A stretch of DNA of 60,028 nucleotides, the filler included. It is 5 parts of 5 records of this genome, joined end to end, with 100 filler letters (N's around TTAATTAATTAA, not from the genome) between each part and the next. Parts side by side here need not be neighbours in the genome. Positions count along the whole stretch, not along the records: positions 19,298 to 37,682 come from SRR31156797_8390; 4 more parts are not named here. The stretch is one strand, 5' to 3'. The notes below the pieces were generated by a model. It had not been told where the DNA came from. It worked only from the letters and a program-made list of their open reading frames with translations, and searched no databases. Shown here in pieces: positions 22,755 through 33,080 of this stretch. Positions within the stretch are counted from its first letter, which is position 1; the number at the start of each line of letters is the position of its first letter. The position numbers and the translations under genes were made by a program.

Positions 22755-25700
22755 ATGCTTATGTCAAATAATTACGCTTATCGCATTGGGCTAAAATTAG
22801 TAATCGGGATGATCTTTTTTCTGAGCGCTAACTTTGTTTTTGCGCAGGAAGAAATCTCCGGTAAGGTGGTTAACGCAGAATCAGGGCAAGGTATGCCTGG
22901 TGCAAGTGTTTACCTGAAAGGAACCACCATTGGTACCCTTACTGATGTAAATGGATTTTTCACCTTAACAGCAAATAAGGGAGATATCATTGTGTTTTCC
23001 TATGTTGGCTTCTTAACTCGGGAAGCCGTTGTTGAAGAAGTCGGGTTTCTTGAAATTGCTTTAGAAGAAGACATAGGTCTGTTGGATGAAGTTGTAATTG
23101 TGGGCTATGGAAGTCAAAAGAAAAGTGTCGTTACAGGTTCAATCAGTAGTATCAATGCAAAGGAACTGGAGGAATTACCAGTTCAAAGGGTTGACCAGGC
23201 ATTACAGGGAAGAACTTCCGGAGTTGTTGTAGCTTCCAATTCCGGACAACCCGGATCGGGAGCCACAGTGCGCGTAAGAGGAATTACTTCTTTGCAGGAT
23301 GGGGCCAATGAACCACTCTGGGTAATTGATGGTGTTATAATTGATCCGGGTGGAATCGGATATTTGAACCAATCTGATATTCAATCCATCGAAGTACTGA
23401 AAGATGCTGCCTCACAGGCCATTTATGGTGCCCGCGCTGCTGCCGGAGTAATTCTTGTAACTACCAAACAAGGTCAATCCGGAAAATTAAATGTAACATA
23501 CAATGGTTTTGTTGGCACCTCAGCTCCTGCACATACACTGGATTTATTAAATGCTCAACAATATGCCGAATTGCGCAACGAAGCCTCTCTGGCTGCGGGT
23601 GGAGGAGTGATTTTTGATGATCCGCAAGCATTAGGTCAGGGTACTGATTGGCAGGATGAAATTTTTAACCGGTCTGCTTTCAAGCAAAACCATGAGATTG
23701 GTATAAGTGGTGGCAATGATGTCTCTACCTTCTATTCTTCTTTTGGATATTTAAATGAAGAAGGAATTGTTGCCTCTGAAATATCAAATTTTGAAAGGTT
23801 GAGCATGCGGTTTAACTCAACCCATAAGCTTACGAAATGGTTGACATTTGGTCAAAATCTGGGTTATACCCATCAAAAATCCATTGGAATCGGGAACACC
23901 AACAGTGAGTATGGTGGCCCGCTAAGCTCAGCTATCAACCTGGACCCCATTACACCTGTTGTAATTACTGACCCTGACGTTGCCAATTCGAGCCCCTATT
24001 CAACTCAACCAGGCATATGGAGAGATGCAAATGGGAATCCTTATGGAATATCAACATGGGTTGGGCAGGAAATGTCGAACCCACTGGCGTATATTAAAAC
24101 GCGACTGGGCAATTATGGCTGGAGTGATGATTTTGTTGGAAATGCTTTTCTCGAAGTAAAAATCATAGAAGGATTAAAATTCAGATCAACGGTTGGTGGA
24201 AAGCTTTCATTTTGGGGAAGCGAATCTTTCAATCCTGTTTCTTACCTGAATTCAACAACGATAAATCTCACCAATTCTCTCTATGTTGGGAAAAACCAGC
24301 AGTTTAACTACAACATCGAAAATATTCTTTCATACTCAAAGTCCATTGAAGAACATAACTTTGAAGTGCTGCTCGGGCAGGGCGCTTACCAGGAGAACTG
24401 GTCATCGAATGTTGGGGTAACCAAGTTCGATATCCCTGCTGATAACTTTGATGATGCTTCGATGAATTTCCAGGTGCCAAACGACCAGATACTGGCTTTT
24501 GCAGGCGAAGGACAATTGCACCGCGTCAGTTCACTGTTTGCCCGGGTAAACTATAACTACGCAGGCAAATATCTGCTTACCGGAAACTTCAGGCGCGATG
24601 GCTCATCACGCTTTGGTACAAATAATAAATTCGGTTTCTTCCCCTCCGTATCTGCAGGATGGGTAGCATCTGAAGAGATTTTTTGGCCAACAAATGATGT
24701 GGTAAATTTCTTAAAAGTAAGAGGTGGATACGGTGTAGTGGGTAACGATAATATTGGCGATTTTGCTTTCTTATCTACGGTAGGCGAGGGCAGGAATTAT
24801 GCTTTTGGCACTGCCGGGGATTATTACAACGGTGTGAGCCCAAATGCGCCTTCCAATCCTGATTTACGTTGGGAGCAAACCTCACAAATAAACATTGGAG
24901 TTGAATCTGTATTTCTTAAAAATCTGCGGTTTAGTTTTGATTGGTTTAAAAAAGAAACCAAGGATATACTGATGTATCCACGAATTCCAGGTTATGTAGG
25001 TGCAATCGGTAACCCTGCAGCAAATGTTGCTTCGCTAAACAACACGGGATTTGAGATTGAACTGGGTTATAAAGAGACTTATGCCAATGGATTTTCATTC
25101 GGTGTCAGCGGTAACGCTTCGCATTTGAAGAACGAAATTACAGATTTGGGAATTGACGTGGAATTCCTTTCTGGTGGAGGGTCTTTCCAGGCCAGTACTT
25201 ATCCAATTACCCGTACTGCTATTGGGCAGCCTATCAATTCATTCTTTGGATTTCAACGCTTGGGAATTTTCCAAAACCAGAGTGATATCTATGCACATAT
25301 AAATTCAGCCGGAGAGGTTATTCAGCCTGATGCACAGCCGGGTGATGTTATCTGGGCCGACCTTGATGATGATGGTGTGATTACCGAAAATGACCGTACA
25401 TTTATTGGTAACCCAACGCCTACATGGACTTTTGGCCTTACATTCAATGCCAGCTATAAGAATTTTGATTTGTTGGTTTTTGGCCAGGGTGCAGCCGGAA
25501 ATATGATTTTCCAGGGACTCAGAAGACTCGACATTGCAAATGCCAACTACCAGACGACTGCTTTGGACAGATGGACAGCTGAAGGAACTTCCAACGATTA
25601 TCCGCGATTGGTTGATGGTGATCCCAATCATAACTTTACCAACCCCTCGGATCTTTACCTGGAAAAGGGTGACTATTTCAGGTTTAAAACCATCCAGTTG

Positions 25701-25898
25701 GGCTATACGTTGCCCGGATCTTTATTGGCGAATTTGAAAATTGAGAAAATCAGAGTCAATATTACAGCCGAAAACCTGATAACAATTACAAAATACACCG
25801 GATATGATCCTGAGATTGGCGGAGGAATTATGAGCATCGATAAAGGATATTATCCACAGGCACGATCAATATTGTTGGGTTTGAACTTTAGTTTTTAA
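22755..25898 (+). CDS. susC: SusC/RagA TonB-dependent transporter
   Basis: EVVIVGYG, PLWVIDG, SIEVLKDA...AIYGA, DGSSRFG, C-terminal Phe. Confidence 0.96.
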   Translation: MLMSNNYAYRIGLKLVIGMIFFLSANFVFAQEEISGKVVNAESGQGMPGASVYLKGTTIGTLTDVNGFFTLTANKGDIIVFSYVGFLTREAVVEEVGFLEIALEEDIGLLDEVVIVGYGSQKKSVVTGSISSINAKELEELPVQRVDQALQGRTSGVVVASNSGQPGSGATVRVRGITSLQDGANEPLWVIDGVIIDPGGIGYLNQSDIQSIEVLKDAASQAIYGARAAAGVILVTTKQGQSGKLNVTYNGFVGTSAPAHTLDLLNAQQYAELRNEASLAAGGGVIFDDPQALGQGTDWQDEIFNRSAFKQNHEIGISGGNDVSTFYSSFGYLNEEGIVASEISNFERLSMRFNSTHKLTKWLTFGQNLGYTHQKSIGIGNTNSEYGGPLSSAINLDPITPVVITDPDVANSSPYSTQPGIWRDANGNPYGISTWVGQEMSNPLAYIKTRLGNYGWSDDFVGNAFLEVKIIEGLKFRSTVGGKLSFWGSESFNPVSYLNSTTINLTNSLYVGKNQQFNYNIENILSYSKSIEEHNFEVLLGQGAYQENWSSNVGVTKFDIPADNFDDASMNFQVPNDQILAFAGEGQLHRVSSLFARVNYNYAGKYLLTGNFRRDGSSRFGTNNKFGFFPSVSAGWVASEEIFWPTNDVVNFLKVRGGYGVVGNDNIGDFAFLSTVGEGRNYAFGTAGDYYNGVSPNAPSNPDLRWEQTSQINIGVESVFLKNLRFSFDWFKKETKDILMYPRIPGYVGAIGNPAANVASLNNTGFEIELGYKETYANGFSFGVSGNASHLKNEITDLGIDVEFLSGGGSFQASTYPITRTAIGQPINSFFGFQRLGIFQNQSDIYAHINSAGEVIQPDAQPGDVIWADLDDDGVITENDRTFIGNPTPTWTFGLTFNASYKNFDLLVFGQGAAGNMIFQGLRRLDIANANYQTTALDRWTAEGTSNDYPRLVDGDPNHNFTNPSDLYLEKGDYFRFKTIQLGYTLPGSLLANLKIEKIRVNITAENLITITKYTGYDPEIGGGIMSIDKGYYPQARSILLGLNFSF

Positions 25899-25906
25899 TT
25901 TTAAAA

Positions 25907-27478
25907 ATGTATTACGAAATGAAATATTCATACAACAATACAAATATCCAGAATCATAAGATGAATTCAATGAAATTTCTGGTACTTGTCGGAATTGCAA
26001 CATTATTATTTGCATGTGGCAAAGAGTACCTGGAAGTGGAACCCAAGGGTACACAATTAGAAGAGAACTACTACCGGAATGCTGACGAAGCTTTCGCCGG
26101 TTTGGTGGCAATCTACGACCAGGTTGGTGGAACCTCCAATGGTTACATCAACAAATTCACTGCTGTACTTTCCGCATCCGACGATCATTTTGCAGGTGGT
26201 GGTGGCCCCACTGACGTGAACAACCTTCAGGTTTTTTCCAATTATACACTTGATCCCGCTACGGGGCCACAGGGCGAATTGTGGGACAGAGGATTCAGTG
26301 GTGTTTTCAGGGCCAATGTTTTAATCTCGAAATTGCCTGATATCCCAATGGATGATGACGTTAAAAGCAGGTATATGGCTGAATCAAAATTTCTAAGGGC
26401 CTATTTCTATTTTGACCTGGTTAGGTTCTTTGAAAATATTCCTTTGTTTGAGGAACCTTTGTCGGCTGGAGAAATCTATAACGTTGTACAGGCAGATCCT
26501 GGGGTAGTTTATAATTTCATCATCCAGGATTTAACGGATGCTGTTGCAGATTTACCTGAAACGGTTCCGGTTGACATCGAGGGAGGTCGTGCAACCAAAG
26601 GGGCGGCATTGGCATTGTTGGGAAAAGTTTATCTGCAGTTGGAAGAATATGCTTTGGCAGCTCAGCAGTTTAAAGAAGTAAATGGCGAACCAGGCGGCGT
26701 AAGCCAGTTTGGGTACAGCCTTTTACCGAATTTCGCTGATTTGTGGGAATTTGATAACAAACAAAATGCTGAATGTATTTTCTCGGTAAATCACACCGGT
26801 AAAGCAGCCTGGGATAACTGGGGATGTATTGCATGTGCCGAAGGAAACTGGTTAAATACCATGTCGGGTCCCAGAAATTATACACGGATAGATACTACTG
26901 CACCCGATTACTTTTCGGGATGGAGCTTTTTTGTTATCACAAATCAGCTTGAGAGTGCCATGCAGGGAGACCCAAGGTACAGCGCTACTATTGCTGATGT
27001 CCAGGCACTTGAAGATGACGGACTGGTTGAATATGAAAAAGGATATCAGAATACGGGATTTTTTATCCAAAAGTTTTTACCACTCCAGTCTGATGTTAAC
27101 GGGGGGGGTAATGCCTTCGGTAACTTCGATCAGAATGTTTATGATATCCGCCTTGCTGATACCTACCTGATGGAAGCCGAAGCACTGCTGATGTCCGGCG
27201 GGGATTTGGCCAGAGCTCAGGCACTGTTGGATGCAGTACGCGAAAGGGTAGATCTGCCATCAGTACCTGTTTCAATGGAATCGATTAAGCTGGAAAGGCG
27301 TTTGGAACTGGCTGGTGAAGGTCAGCGCTGGTTCGATCTGGTAAGATGGGGTGATGCCCCTGAGGCTTTGGCATTCAAAGGTTTCACATCGGGTAAGAAT
27401 GAAATTCTTCCTATCCCGCTTCTGGAACTGGAAAATACGCTGCTGGAACAAAATAGCGAATATGGTGGAACCAAATAA
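25907..27478 (+). CDS. susD: SusD/RagB glycan-binding lipoprotein
   Basis: Lipobox FAC; E..FLRAYFYFDLVR, RLAD..LM.AEA, ERRLELAGEG.RW.DL.RW; true start probably slightly downstream. Confidence 0.95.
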   Translation: MYYEMKYSYNNTNIQNHKMNSMKFLVLVGIATLLFACGKEYLEVEPKGTQLEENYYRNADEAFAGLVAIYDQVGGTSNGYINKFTAVLSASDDHFAGGGGPTDVNNLQVFSNYTLDPATGPQGELWDRGFSGVFRANVLISKLPDIPMDDDVKSRYMAESKFLRAYFYFDLVRFFENIPLFEEPLSAGEIYNVVQADPGVVYNFIIQDLTDAVADLPETVPVDIEGGRATKGAALALLGKVYLQLEEYALAAQQFKEVNGEPGGVSQFGYSLLPNFADLWEFDNKQNAECIFSVNHTGKAAWDNWGCIACAEGNWLNTMSGPRNYTRIDTTAPDYFSGWSFFVITNQLESAMQGDPRYSATIADVQALEDDGLVEYEKGYQNTGFFIQKFLPLQSDVNGGGNAFGNFDQNVYDIRLADTYLMEAEALLMSGGDLARAQALLDAVRERVDLPSVPVSMESIKLERRLELAGEGQRWFDLVRWGDAPEALAFKGFTSGKNEILPIPLLELENTLLEQNSEYGGTK

Positions 27479-27525
27479 AATATTAGGAAAACACAATTTA
27501 ATTATCAATTTAAATATTTAAAACA

Positions 27526-28626
27526 ATGAAACAATTATCAGTTTTAACAAAGGCATCATGGGCTATTTTAGTAGTCCTGGCTTTAGGTTTTGTTGCATCA
27601 TGCGATTCTGGTGATGATGAGCCGGCACCTGCACCCGTTGCAAGCTTTCAATTTCAGGCCGGCGAAGTCAACGGACTTGAAGTTACATTTACAAACTTCT
27701 CAAAAAATGCTACCAGTTATTCCTGGAACTTTGGAGATGGTATCGGTACTTCAACCGATGAAAATCCCACCTATGTTTATGCCGATGGGGGTAATTTTAC
27801 TGTTACGCTAACTGCAACAAACGAAACAGGAAGTGCTGAACACACAAAAGAGGTAACTGTAGTAAACACGTTGAAACCCGATGCGGATTTTACTTTTCAG
27901 GTTAGCGACGACAATACCCTTGAAGTAGCATTCACGAACAACACACCAAATGCTACCAGCTTTGAGTGGGATTTCGGCGATGGCGCAGGCACCTCAACAG
28001 AAGCTAACCCTACTTATGTTTACGCTGCTGGAGGAACTTATTCCGTAGCACTTTCGGTTTCCAATGAATATGGCTCTGCATCTGAAACCAAGGACGTGAC
28101 CGTAGTAAGCCCCACAGCTGAAAACCTGATTCAAAACGGTAAATTCGATGATGAATCAGTGTGGTCAATTATTCAACATAACCCGAATAACAACGGCATG
28201 ATAACCATTGCTGATGGTGTAGCAGTGTATAACGATATAGAGCAGGCCGCCTGGGGTTCTGAAGGACATGTTGGTATGAACCAGGTAGTTACAGTTGAGA
28301 GTGGAAACTACCAGCTGGACCTGGATATCGTAACCGGTGACATTAATGAAATTTTCTTCGAAGTATGGGTGGGTACAGGTGAACCGGTGGAATTTGAAGA
28401 TTACAATGATGCAAATGGAGCTACAAAAGTACTGTCGTTCAATACCTGGGACTGTGCTGAAACAAATATAAATTATTCCGGTCCCATGGCTGCAGTTTCC
28501 TGCCAGGATACAGATGGAAGCATTACCCTTGATGCCGGAACTTATTATGTTGTGATCAGAGGTGGTGGAATAACCTGGGGCGATGGAATCACAATCGACA
28601 ATGTTTCGATGTACAAAGTAGATTAA
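27526..28626 (+). CDS. PKD-domain surface lipoprotein (SGBP-like)
   Basis: Lipobox ASC; two PKD repeats (W(N/D)FGDG..ST..NPTYVY); C-terminal CBM-like domain. Confidence 0.88.
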   Translation: MKQLSVLTKASWAILVVLALGFVASCDSGDDEPAPAPVASFQFQAGEVNGLEVTFTNFSKNATSYSWNFGDGIGTSTDENPTYVYADGGNFTVTLTATNETGSAEHTKEVTVVNTLKPDADFTFQVSDDNTLEVAFTNNTPNATSFEWDFGDGAGTSTEANPTYVYAAGGTYSVALSVSNEYGSASETKDVTVVSPTAENLIQNGKFDDESVWSIIQHNPNNNGMITIADGVAVYNDIEQAAWGSEGHVGMNQVVTVESGNYQLDLDIVTGDINEIFFEVWVGTGEPVEFEDYNDANGATKVLSFNTWDCAETNINYSGPMAAVSCQDTDGSITLDAGTYYVVIRGGGITWGDGITIDNVSMYKVD

Positions 28627-28704
28627 TCGAAATTTTTTAATTCATTATTTTTTTGGGATTGAGAAAATTGATGTTAGTTCTCATCATTTTGGACTTTTGG
28701 TTTT

Positions 28705-28739
28705 AAACTCCACTGGCCGGATTGCCGGTCAGTGGGTTT
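28705..28739 (+). terminator. Stem-loop after susCD-PKD (terminator or stabiliser)
   Basis: CCACTGGCCGG-ATTG-CCGGTCAGTGG. Confidence 0.6.
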
Positions 28740-28815
28740 GAAAATCAACCATTATTATCAACTTATCAAACTTAATGTCAATATCTTGATAAATTATTTA
28801 TTGAAAGTCTTAACC

Positions 28816-31578
28816 ATGTTTAGAAGAAAAAATACACCTATGATTTTCCTCAGGCAGCTTCTTGCAGTCGCAGTATTAACAATGCTTACATCTTCAATAT
28901 CCGGACAGGGTTTTTTGAAAGCTGATGATATAAAAATAGTGGATGATTCAGGGAATGAGATCATTTTTAGAGGTATGGGGCTTGGTGGCTGGATGCTCAT
29001 GGAGGGGTATATGATGCAATCCAGCGATGTTGCCGATACCCAGCATGAATTTAAGGAAAGTCTCATAGACCTGATGGGTGAAGAAAAAACGGATGAGTTC
29101 TTTGATGCCTGGCTGGAAAACCATTGTACAAAAGCTGATATCGACTCGTTGGCAAAGTGGGGATTCAATAGTGTGCGTTTGCCAATGCACTACAACTTGT
29201 TTACCCTGCCTATCGAGGAGGAACCGGTGCCCGGAGAGCAAACCTGGCTGACTAAAGGCTTCGGCATGGTTGACAGCTTACTGAGCTGGTGTGCGTCAAA
29301 TGAGATGTACCTTATCCTTGACTTGCACGCAGCACCGGGAGGGCAGGGATACAATGCCGCCATTTCCGATTATGACCCCGATAAACCATCACTTTGGGAA
29401 AGCGAGGATAATCGCCTTAAAACAGTGGCCTTATGGGAAAAGCTGGCCGAAAGGTATAGCGATGAACCATGGATTGGCGGCTATGATTTAATTAACGAGC
29501 CAAACTGGGACCTGCCGGGTGGCGTCATGCTGAGAACATTGTACGAGGAAATTACCACTGCTATCAGGGCTGTTGATACCAACCATATCATTTACATTGA
29601 AGGCAACTGGTTTGCCAACGATTTCACAGGCTTAACACCACCGTGGGATGATAACATGGCTTACAGCTTTCATAAATACTGGAATTACAACGATAACCCG
29701 GGCTCAATTCAGTGGGTACTCGATATGAGAGAACAGCATAATGTTCCGTTGTGGATGGGCGAAAGTGGTGAAAACTCCAATGTTTGGTTCACGGATGCGA
29801 TCAAACTCTTTGAAGACAACAACATAGGCTGGTCGTGGTGGCCCATGAAAAGGATCGAAACCATTGTGGGACACTATTCCATTCCATTTACTGATGGATA
29901 TAAAAATGTGTTGAGCTACTGGAGGGGGGAAGTCCCTCAGCCTTCAGTTGACGAAGCTTACGAGGCCATGATGGAGCTGGCAATGAGCACAAATAGCACA
30001 AACTGCCTTTACCGCAAAGATGTGCATGACGCCCAGATACGACAACCACATACCGATGATATTATTCCTTTCAGTGAGCATACGATTCCTGGTGTTGTGT
30101 ATTGCGCCGATTACGATTTGGGAAGTAATATGCACGCTTATTATGATACCGATGTTGCCAATTATAATGGCTCCACCGGCGAGTTCCAGGCATGGAATTC
30201 AGGGTGGGTGTACAGGAATGATGGCGTTGATATTGAAGCAAACGAGGATACCATAAACAGCAATGGATTTCATATTGGTTATACCGCACAAGGTGAGTGG
30301 TTGAAATATACCACACTGGTTGAGGAACCGGGAGTTTATTCTGCGGTGGTAAGGGTGGCCTCAGAAAGTAACGGCGGAGAATTTTATCTTGCAATGAACG
30401 ACGAAGACATTACCGCAAAGCAATCAGTTGCTGCAACCGGAGGTTGGACTGAATTTGTAAATTATGAAATCCCGGAAGTCGTTTTGGATGAAGGTCAACA
30501 AATTCTGTCGTTTCATATCGATAATAATGTGTCATTCAACTTCAGTAGTATCGAATTTACAAAAACAGGCGAAATAGAGGATGCACCCTTTTCTGCTTTG
30601 AGTGGTGAAACCGGCGAAGATGAAATGTCGGTAAAGCTTTTTGTAAACCTTCCGGTAAATACAGAAACATTGGCCGGGGCAGTTGAAGATATTCAGGTAA
30701 TGATAAATAATGAGGCTCAGGCCATTGCTTCACTTTATGTTGATGAAATGAAAAGCAAGACTCTGGTATTTGAAATGGAGAATCCTTTACTCTACATTCA
30801 TAATATTTCCGTGAGTTATTCAGGTAATACCATTGAGTCCCAGACAGGGAAACCACTTGATGCTTTTTCCGATATAGAAATCCGGAATAATCTGCCAAAA
30901 CGATTCATTCTTCCCCGTATCATTCAGGCAGAGGAATTTGATTATACGGAAGGCCTCGTGATCGAAGACTGTACCGACCTTGGTGGCGGTCAAAACCTTG
31001 GATATACAGATGCCGGTGATTATGCCGACTATTTAGTTGCCTGTGATGTGCAAATGCAACTTTTTATAAAACTTCGTGTGGCAGCATTAAATTCTACAGG
31101 TGAAATTGGCTTTTATCTGGTGGGAGAAAACAATGAAGAAACAGCGCTTTGTACAGTTGAAACTCCGGTAACAGGAGGTTGGCAAACCTGGGCAACAGTC
31201 TATCACCCTGAGTGGTTTCTCCTGCCGCAAGGCTTGCATACGATCAGAATGCGTGTATTGGATGATGGATTTAATATAAACTGGTTCGAGTTGGAACAGG
31301 AAACAGGAATCCGGCCCGGGAATACACAGACCAACTTTCCTGAAATATATCCAAACCCTGTCTCAGGGGATGAGCTATGCATTCAATTCAGCCAAAAACC
31401 TGAGAACGCTTGTCGTATCGAAATATATAATGTTGCTGGAAATCTGCTCTCGGAAATTAAATATGATTTTCCTGGTGATACGGTTAAAGTTGATGTTAGC
31501 GATATCCCGAAAGGTGTGGCTGTTTTAAGGCTTTATACCGGTCATGCTGTTTATAATCACAAAATCATTAGAAATTAG
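28816..31578 (+). CDS. GH5 glycoside hydrolase with CBM6-like modules and T9SS C-terminal domain
   Basis: RLPMHY, LDLHAAPG, acid/base LINEP, nucleophile MGESG; TGGW CBM6 motifs twice; IYPNP CTD; start ATG 28816. Confidence 0.9.
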   Translation: MFRRKNTPMIFLRQLLAVAVLTMLTSSISGQGFLKADDIKIVDDSGNEIIFRGMGLGGWMLMEGYMMQSSDVADTQHEFKESLIDLMGEEKTDEFFDAWLENHCTKADIDSLAKWGFNSVRLPMHYNLFTLPIEEEPVPGEQTWLTKGFGMVDSLLSWCASNEMYLILDLHAAPGGQGYNAAISDYDPDKPSLWESEDNRLKTVALWEKLAERYSDEPWIGGYDLINEPNWDLPGGVMLRTLYEEITTAIRAVDTNHIIYIEGNWFANDFTGLTPPWDDNMAYSFHKYWNYNDNPGSIQWVLDMREQHNVPLWMGESGENSNVWFTDAIKLFEDNNIGWSWWPMKRIETIVGHYSIPFTDGYKNVLSYWRGEVPQPSVDEAYEAMMELAMSTNSTNCLYRKDVHDAQIRQPHTDDIIPFSEHTIPGVVYCADYDLGSNMHAYYDTDVANYNGSTGEFQAWNSGWVYRNDGVDIEANEDTINSNGFHIGYTAQGEWLKYTTLVEEPGVYSAVVRVASESNGGEFYLAMNDEDITAKQSVAATGGWTEFVNYEIPEVVLDEGQQILSFHIDNNVSFNFSSIEFTKTGEIEDAPFSALSGETGEDEMSVKLFVNLPVNTETLAGAVEDIQVMINNEAQAIASLYVDEMKSKTLVFEMENPLLYIHNISVSYSGNTIESQTGKPLDAFSDIEIRNNLPKRFILPRIIQAEEFDYTEGLVIEDCTDLGGGQNLGYTDAGDYADYLVACDVQMQLFIKLRVAALNSTGEIGFYLVGENNEETALCTVETPVTGGWQTWATVYHPEWFLLPQGLHTIRMRVLDDGFNINWFELEQETGIRPGNTQTNFPEIYPNPVSGDELCIQFSQKPENACRIEIYNVAGNLLSEIKYDFPGDTVKVDVSDIPKGVAVLRLYTGHAVYNHKIIRN

Positions 31579-31787
31579 AACACACGTTTGAGATATCCTA
31601 TAAATGTGACATCATTACCAAATTGAGAGTCATAGCGGCATCAATATTATTGGAATGAATTTGACATCAATGAGATAAATCCATTTCAATCTTATGTTTT
31701 ACTTAATTTTTCGTTTCCATTTTCATTGATTTTACCTTTGATAATGGGATAAATATACCTGATTTACAAATCATTATTGAAAAGAAA

Positions 31788-33080
31788 ATGAAGACTCCAT
31801 ACACGTACATATTTTTTTGCATACTGTCTGTTTCAACTTTTTTGATGCTTTCGTGCAACAACCAGAAGCAAACCATAAGTAATGAAAAAGAAAACAAAGG
31901 TGAAGAAATACTGATTAAAATTGAGGCTGAAAATCTAACACATTCAAGCAGTAAAGTTGAAGTATTTTCAGGCACATCGGAATTGAGATTTATAAAATTA
32001 TTTTCTGAAGGCTGGATTGCCCTCGATGTTGAAATCCCTGCAGCAGGCAGATACCGTTCGGAAATCCGGTTTAAAACTACCTCTGAAACTGGCGCAACAC
32101 TTTGGATTGAAGATTATTATAATAATGAATTCGACAGGACCTTCAATATCACGGGTAATTTTTCAATAAATAAGCCATCAGAGGAATTCGTAACCATTGC
32201 CAAGGATGGTAGCCCTTTAAATGCCGGCCTGCATAAAATGAAAGTGCACTTTGATAATACTCTTGAAATAGATTGGATAAAATTTACGCTGATGCGGCCC
32301 CATGAAACCACGCTAAAAACACGTACCCAATCAATGGAAGGTGATGAATGGAAAGTGGTATGGTCCGATGAGTTTGACGGAAAATTTGTGGATACCGATA
32401 AGTGGACCTACGACATCGGCAACTGGGGTTGGGGAAATGGAGAAGAGCAATACTATACCGAAAACAGGAAGGAGAACGCCCGCCTCGAAAATGGGAATTT
32501 GGTTATTGAAGCACGAAGAAATGACATGGGTCAGGCATGGACTTCGGCCAGGCTCACAACCAGGGGTAAGGTAAGTTTCATGTACGGAAAAATTGAGTTC
32601 CGGGCCAAAGTACCTCAATATCGTGGAAACTGGTCGGCAGGATGGACCCTTGGCGATGAATATGTTGATGAGCTTTCCTGGCCTTTCTGCGGAGAAATTG
32701 ATATCCTTGAAAGTGTGGGGTATGAGATGAACGATAGCACCGGCAATGGAACTGCTCATGCATCGGCTCATAGTGGGGCTTATTATTTTAAACTGGGCAA
32801 CCAGCCAACCGGGATTATTGACGTCGAAAACATGCACAATAAATTCCATACCTATGCTGTGGAATGGACACCCGAAGAAATCAGGGCCTATGTGGATGAT
32901 AAGTTATACTTCACCTACAACGACACCAGCAGTGAATTGTCATGGCCTTTCAATAAACCACAAAATCTTATCCTCAATCTCGCTATGGGTGGCGGCTGGG
33001 GTGGCTATTATGGCATTGATGAAAATGTGGATTCACAAAAAATGATCATCGATTATGTGAGGGTTTATGAGCTTAGGTAA
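31788..33080 (+). CDS. GH16 (laminarinase-type) lipoprotein with N-terminal CBM6-like domain
   Basis: Lipobox LSC; WSDEF, GWGN.E.QYY, catalytic EIDILE, LNLA.GG.WGG, DYVRVY. Confidence 0.92.
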   Translation: MKTPYTYIFFCILSVSTFLMLSCNNQKQTISNEKENKGEEILIKIEAENLTHSSSKVEVFSGTSELRFIKLFSEGWIALDVEIPAAGRYRSEIRFKTTSETGATLWIEDYYNNEFDRTFNITGNFSINKPSEEFVTIAKDGSPLNAGLHKMKVHFDNTLEIDWIKFTLMRPHETTLKTRTQSMEGDEWKVVWSDEFDGKFVDTDKWTYDIGNWGWGNGEEQYYTENRKENARLENGNLVIEARRNDMGQAWTSARLTTRGKVSFMYGKIEFRAKVPQYRGNWSAGWTLGDEYVDELSWPFCGEIDILESVGYEMNDSTGNGTAHASAHSGAYYFKLGNQPTGIIDVENMHNKFHTYAVEWTPEEIRAYVDDKLYFTYNDTSSELSWPFNKPQNLILNLAMGGGWGGYYGIDENVDSQKMIIDYVRVYELR